Positions 60,370-64,000 of a stretch of 64,000 nt of DNA are shown piece after piece. Positions within the stretch are counted from its first letter, which is position 1. Each line of letters opens with the position of its first letter. A model generated the notes under the pieces. It was not told where the DNA came from. It ran no database searches and saw only the letters and a program-made list of their open reading frames with translations. The translations under genes and the position numbers were made by a program. The stretch is from positions 3,076 to 67,075 of the forward strand of contig JAIEDA010000018.1 in NCBI GenBank assembly GCA_029068165.1. Direction: 5' to 3'. Source of the DNA: Clostridia bacterium. GTDB lineage: Bacteria > Bacillota > Clostridia > Christensenellales > UBA3700.

Positions 60370-60651
60370 ATGAACAAATACGAATTGTTGTATATCGTTA
60401 AGAACGATATTTCCGACGAGGCAAAACAAGAAGTAGTTGACAAGATGGAAGCGCTTATCACTTCCAACGGCGGCGAGATCGAGAGCTCCGACAAGTGGGG
60501 TACGAAGAAGTTTGCTTATCCTATCGACTACAAGACGGAGGGTTACTACGTATTGGTAAACTTTTCCGCGCCCGCAAACGTTCCGGAAGAAATCAAGAGA
60601 TTTAATCGTATTACCGACGCGCTCGTTAGAAGTATGATTATCAAGAAGTAA
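60370..60651 (+). CDS. rpsF: 30S ribosomal protein S6
   Basis: MNKYELLYIV...WG.KKFAYPI...G.YVL. SD AAGGAGG. Confidence 0.95.
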   Translation: MNKYELLYIVKNDISDEAKQEVVDKMEALITSNGGEIESSDKWGTKKFAYPIDYKTEGYYVLVNFSAPANVPEEIKRFNRITDALVRSMIIKK

Positions 60652-60668
60652 AGAGTAAGGAGAAATTT

Positions 60669-61070
60669 ATGAACAAAGTAATTTTGATTGGAAACCTTAC
60701 TAGAGATCCGGAGTCGGGAAACACGCAAAGCGGCGTAGCGTATTGCAGGTTCGGTTTGGCGGTAAACCGTAGATTCAGCAGGGAAAACAACGAAGTTGAC
60801 TATTTCAACGTCGTATGTTGGAGAGGTTTGGCTGATAATTGCGCAAAGATTTTGGCAAAAGGCAGGAAAGTTTGCGTAAGCGGTTCTATCCAAACTCGTC
60901 AATACGAGCAAGACGGCGCTAAGCGTACCGCATTCGACATCGTTGCCGAAGAAGTAGAATTTCTTCCTTCGGGCAATAGAAACGACGACGGCGCACCTCA
61001 GGAAACTGAGAAAAGACAATCGGTAGGCAACAGCGGTCTTACCCCTGTCGAAGAAGAATTACCATTCTAA
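60669..61070 (+). CDS. ssb: single-stranded DNA-binding protein
   Basis: [17 protein letters not shown]-fold and a C-terminal acidic tip, EEELPF. Confidence 0.95.
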   Translation: MNKVILIGNLTRDPESGNTQSGVAYCRFGLAVNRRFSRENNEVDYFNVVCWRGLADNCAKILAKGRKVCVSGSIQTRQYEQDGAKRTAFDIVAEEVEFLPSGNRNDDGAPQETEKRQSVGNSGLTPVEEELPF

Positions 61071-61087
61071 TTAAGGAGATTAGGACA

Positions 61088-61342
61088 ATGAGTGAAGAAA
61101 AAGTAGTAAAACGCCCTAGCGGCAAAAAACCTATGTCGCGCAAGAAAGTTTGCGTATTTTGCGTTGACAAGATAGATACTGTAGACTATAAGGACGTAGC
61201 AAAACTTCGCAAGTATATTACGGAAAAGGGCAAGATAGTTCCTAGACGTATGAGCGGCGTATGCGCTAAGCACCAAAGAGTCGTAGCCGAAGCTATCAAG
61301 AGAGCAAGAGAAATGGCTTTGCTTCCTTACGTAGCCGAGTAA
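61088..61342 (+). CDS. rpsR: 30S ribosomal protein S18
   Basis: CVFC..KID.VDYKDV..LRKYITE.GKI.PRR.SG.CAKHQR. Confidence 0.95.
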   Translation: MSEEKVVKRPSGKKPMSRKKVCVFCVDKIDTVDYKDVAKLRKYITEKGKIVPRRMSGVCAKHQRVVAEAIKRAREMALLPYVAE

Positions 61343-61366
61343 TCTAACGATATTAAATATAATAAT

Positions 61367-61400
61367 AAACTCCCCGCAGGTTTTGCGGGGAGTTTTTATT
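61367..61400 (+). terminator. intrinsic terminator after rpsR
   Basis: CTCCCCGC-aggtttt-GCGGGGAG followed by TTTTTATTTTTT. Confidence 0.85.
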
Positions 61401-61430
61401 TTTTATAAAAGTTGGCTTTTATATTGTAAA

Positions 61431-61466
61431 GAGATATTTTGACTTCGCTACGCTCAATATGACGAC
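61431..61466 (-). repeat. full-length copy of the dispersed intergenic repeat (inverted orientation)
   Basis: The reverse complement reads GTCGTCATATTGAGCGTAGCGAAGTCAAAATATCTC. Compare 7169-7211. Confidence 0.75.
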
Positions 61467-61503
61467 AAAGCTTTTTGCAAAATGAAACGCGATATTCGAC
61501 ATA

Positions 61504-63042
61504 TTAGTTTGTAAGCAAAAACATCAAAATAAACAACGCCGATATTACGTACGTCACAGGCGAAATCTCTTTTATTTTACCCGTGCAAATCTTGATTATT
61601 ACGCAGGAAATCAAGCCGATACCTATTCCGAACGAAATGGAGTAGCCGAACGCCATAACCGCAATCGTCAGGAATGCGGGGAGAGCTGCCGCGGGGTTCG
61701 CCCAGTTGACGTTTTTGACTGCGGAAATCATAAGCACGCCTACCCATACCAAAGCGGCTGCGGTCGCGCAGTCGGGAATGATTTGAGCTATCGGACTTAA
61801 GAAGGTCGCCAAGAGGAAACATATTCCCGTTACGAACGCTGCGAAACCCGTTTTGCCGCCCGCGGCTACGCCAGACGAAGCTTCGACGTAGGTCGTGACC
61901 GTAGAAGCGCCACATACCGAACCCACGCAAGTGGCGATAGCGTCGGAGAGCATACATTGGTTCATTCTAAGCGGATTGCCGTCCTTGTCGATAAGTCCGC
62001 CTTTGGAGCAAGCTCCGTAAAGCGTGCCGAGCGTGTCAAACATATCTATCATACAAAGCGATAGCGCGGAAGTGAGGATCAATACTACCAAAGTTCCGCC
62101 GTTGTTGCCTTCGATTGCCAAATATTTGGAAAAGTTGAAGCCGTTAGCGAACACTTGTCCTACTGAGTACTTGCCCCAACTGCCGAATGCCTTGAACGGG
62201 TTTTCAATGGTCATACCCGAGAATTTTGCGATACAGTCGGGGTCTTTCCAAGCGCAACCCAGTCCTGCAAAAACAAAATAGAGTACGGTCGTGCCTAAGA
62301 TGCCCCAAAGTATCGCGCCGTTTACTTTCTTTGCCGCGAGTATCGCAATCGCGATTACGCCCAACAAAGTCAGTACCGCCGCTACGGTGCTCAAATAGCT
62401 GAGGTTGCCGCTGAGTACGTTGAAAGAAGCGAAGCCTATGCTGCCTTCGGATAGCTTTACGAGTCCCGCGTTGTTGAATCCGATAAACGCGATAAACATA
62501 CCGATACCTACCGGTATAGAAATCTTGACTTCTTCTGGGATTGCTTGAAGTATCTTTTTCCTAATACCCGTAGCGGTCAATACGATAAAGATTATACCGT
62601 CCAAAAGCACGAATATCATTGCGTTTGCGTACGTCAGTCCGCTGCCCGCCGCAAGCAAAGTGCCCGTCACGTACGCCGTTGCTCCAAGACCCGAAGCCTG
62701 CGCGAGCGGCATTTTTGCAAGCAGCGCCATAAGCATTGTGCCTACGATTGCGCCCAAAGCCGTCGCTATATATACCGCGCCGAACTCAACCGCGTCGCCG
62801 TACATACTCGGAACTACCAACAGCGCGTAGACCATTGACATAAACGTCGTCAAGCCTGCGATAATTTCCGTCTTGTAATTAGAGCCGCTTTTACTTATTC
62901 CAAAGAACTTATCAAACTTGTTTTGTTTTTTATTTGAAGGCGCTTCAGTCGGGGCAGTAACCTCGTTTTCTTGCGGCTTACGTTCCTCGACGGCTTCGTC
63001 GGTTGTTGCTTCATTCATTAGCAAATCGTTGTCGTTTTCCAT
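61504..63042 (-). CDS. NCS2-family purine permease (AzgA/PbuG-like) with an acidic N-terminal extension
   Basis: KTEIIAGLTTFMSMVYALLV and more than 12 TM segments. About 40 Asp/Glu/Thr-rich residues precede the conserved start. It lies downstream of hpt. Confidence 0.8.
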   Translation of the reverse strand: MENDNDLLMNEATTDEAVEERKPQENEVTAPTEAPSNKKQNKFDKFFGISKSGSNYKTEIIAGLTTFMSMVYALLVVPSMYGDAVEFGAVYIATALGAIVGTMLMALLAKMPLAQASGLGATAYVTGTLLAAGSGLTYANAMIFVLLDGIIFIVLTATGIRKKILQAIPEEVKISIPVGIGMFIAFIGFNNAGLVKLSEGSIGFASFNVLSGNLSYLSTVAAVLTLLGVIAIAILAAKKVNGAILWGILGTTVLYFVFAGLGCAWKDPDCIAKFSGMTIENPFKAFGSWGKYSVGQVFANGFNFSKYLAIEGNNGGTLVVLILTSALSLCMIDMFDTLGTLYGACSKGGLIDKDGNPLRMNQCMLSDAIATCVGSVCGASTVTTYVEASSGVAAGGKTGFAAFVTGICFLLATFLSPIAQIIPDCATAAALVWVGVLMISAVKNVNWANPAAALPAFLTIAVMAFGYSISFGIGIGLISCVIIKICTGKIKEISPVTYVISALFILMFLLTN

Positions 63043-63061
63043 AGTATATACGTCCTTTTAT

Positions 63062-63613
63062 TTAATTCTTCTTTTCGTATATTTCTCTCTTGAGTACGCC
63101 TATGTAGGGGAGCGATCTATATTTTTGAGCGTAATCAAGTCCGTATCCTACGATAAACTCGTCCTCGATCTCGTAGCAAGAATAGTCGGCTTTTATATCG
63201 ACTTTTCTACGCGAGGGTTTGTCGAAGAGCGTTACGACGGTGAACGAACTTGCTCCGCGCCCGAGTATCAAATCCCGCATTTTCACGAGAGTGTGTCCCG
63301 AGTCTACAATATCCTCGACCAAGATTACGTCCCTGCCTTCTACTGAACTCGCTAAATCCATTACTATCCTCGGCATACCCGAACTTTGAGAAGAATTGCC
63401 GTATGACGAAACCGTCATAAAGTCAAGTTGAACGGGAGTTTTCATCGCCCTAACTACGTCGCAGAAAAAAAAGACGCTGCCCTTGAGTACGCTTATCGCA
63501 AGAGGCAGGGTATTTTTGCCCTCGAATCTCTTGTCTAGCCACTCGGCAGCTTCCTTGACTTTGTTTTCGATTTGCTCGGCAGTCAAAACTATGCTTTCCA
63601 AATCTTTATTCAT
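63062..63613 (-). CDS. hpt: hypoxanthine phosphoribosyltransferase
   Basis: VILVEDIVDSGHTL (PRPP loop) and GYGLDY. SD GGAGGA. Confidence 0.95.
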   Translation of the reverse strand: MNKDLESIVLTAEQIENKVKEAAEWLDKRFEGKNTLPLAISVLKGSVFFFCDVVRAMKTPVQLDFMTVSSYGNSSQSSGMPRIVMDLASSVEGRDVILVEDIVDSGHTLVKMRDLILGRGASSFTVVTLFDKPSRRKVDIKADYSCYEIEDEFIVGYGLDYAQKYRSLPYIGVLKREIYEKKN

Positions 63614-63759
63614 ATTGTCCTCCGTATTTTATACGTTTTATCTTTTATGTTTTCACAAGCGTTTGACCGTCATTATGATTTGTGCCGTCGGATTGAGCGT
63701 CGAACGTTTTGGTCAATTTTAATAATTATATCACGAAATAACTATCTACGCAATGCGCA

Positions 63760-64000
63760 TTAGGTCACTTGCAACACGAAAAATTTTAGGTATAGGCTTT
63801 CTTCGGTGGAGAGCGTCGACGGGTGGTCGGGCGATTGCGTGCGTATCTCGACGATACGGACTTTTCTACCGCATTCTCTCGCGCTTTCAGCCAACATATT
63901 TTGAAATAGCGGGAAAGTCATATAATGCGAACAAGACGAAGTAACGAGATAGCCGCCGCTCTTTACCAGTTTCATTCCTAAAATATTTATGTCCTTATAT
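63760..64000 (-). CDS. class I SAM-dependent rRNA methyltransferase (RlmI/YwbD-like), 3' portion only
   Basis: LVKSGGYLVTSSCSHYM...RTQSPDHP is a typical C-terminus of this family. The ORF runs off the window end. Confidence 0.7.
   Translation of the reverse strand, partial: YKDINILGMKLVKSGGYLVTSSCSHYMTFPLFQNMLAESARECGRKVRIVEIRTQSPDHPSTLSTEESLYLKFFVLQVT

Noticed and set aside
63614-63759. Looked for a purine riboswitch upstream of hpt and the NCS2 permease
   Set aside because: The reverse-complemented leader lacks the conserved UAUA...GGAUAUGG...CCGUAAAU-type elements. I could not build the three-way junction.
1-64000. Scan for CRISPR arrays, tRNA/rRNA/tmRNA/RNase P, transposases, integrases, phage or conjugation genes, reverse transcriptases
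   Set aside because: None found. There are no regularly spaced direct repeats, no cloverleaf-like or rRNA-like segments in the intergenic regions, and no ORF with recombinase, RT or capsid motifs.

Overview
The window reads as a dense chromosomal region of a spore-forming Firmicute, probably Clostridia-like. Supporting signs are a sigH-like sigma factor, a gerA-type germinant-receptor operon, mrnC, rpsF-ssb-rpsR, GGAGG-type Shine-Dalgarno (SD) sites and many TTGACA-N17-TATAAT promoters. I call about 66 protein genes, almost all core or nutrient-scavenging functions. They include glycolysis (fba; gap; pgk-tpiA-gpmI), thiamine salvage (thiN, then a TPP-riboswitch-controlled thiD-tenA-thiE), peptidases, amino-sugar and host-glycan genes (nagA, GH38 mannosidase, nahK-galE-capD), translation and nucleic-acid genes (gltX, rpsF-ssb-rpsR, rlmB, rluA-type, thyX, mrnC) and purine salvage (hpt plus an NCS2 permease). 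I saw no rRNA, tRNA, CRISPR array, transposase, integrase, phage or recognisable defence genes, so I cannot point to a clear-cut novel system. Six things seem most worth a second look. (1) An unrecognised cassette at 15.9-20.5 kb: an extended class-III aminotransferase, an FGGY kinase, and a canonical plus a catalytically degenerate class-II aldolase-fold pair. (2) A 1.7-kb queuosine-salvage cassette at 34.1-35.9 kb, with a preQ1-I-like leader carrying an extra hairpin, a small radical-SAM-like gene with CX4CX2C spacing, and yhhQ, bracketed by two copies of the same terminator hairpin. (3) Two mosaic tandem paralogues for membrane-anchored proteins at 54.6-56.0 kb. (4) A dispersed intergenic repeat family with at least 8 copies. 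(5) A probable leaderless start for a six-gene operon. (6) A nahK-galE-capD operon. All functional calls rest on motif recognition by eye. No homology search, covariance model or folding program was run, and coordinates of RNA elements and promoters are approximate.
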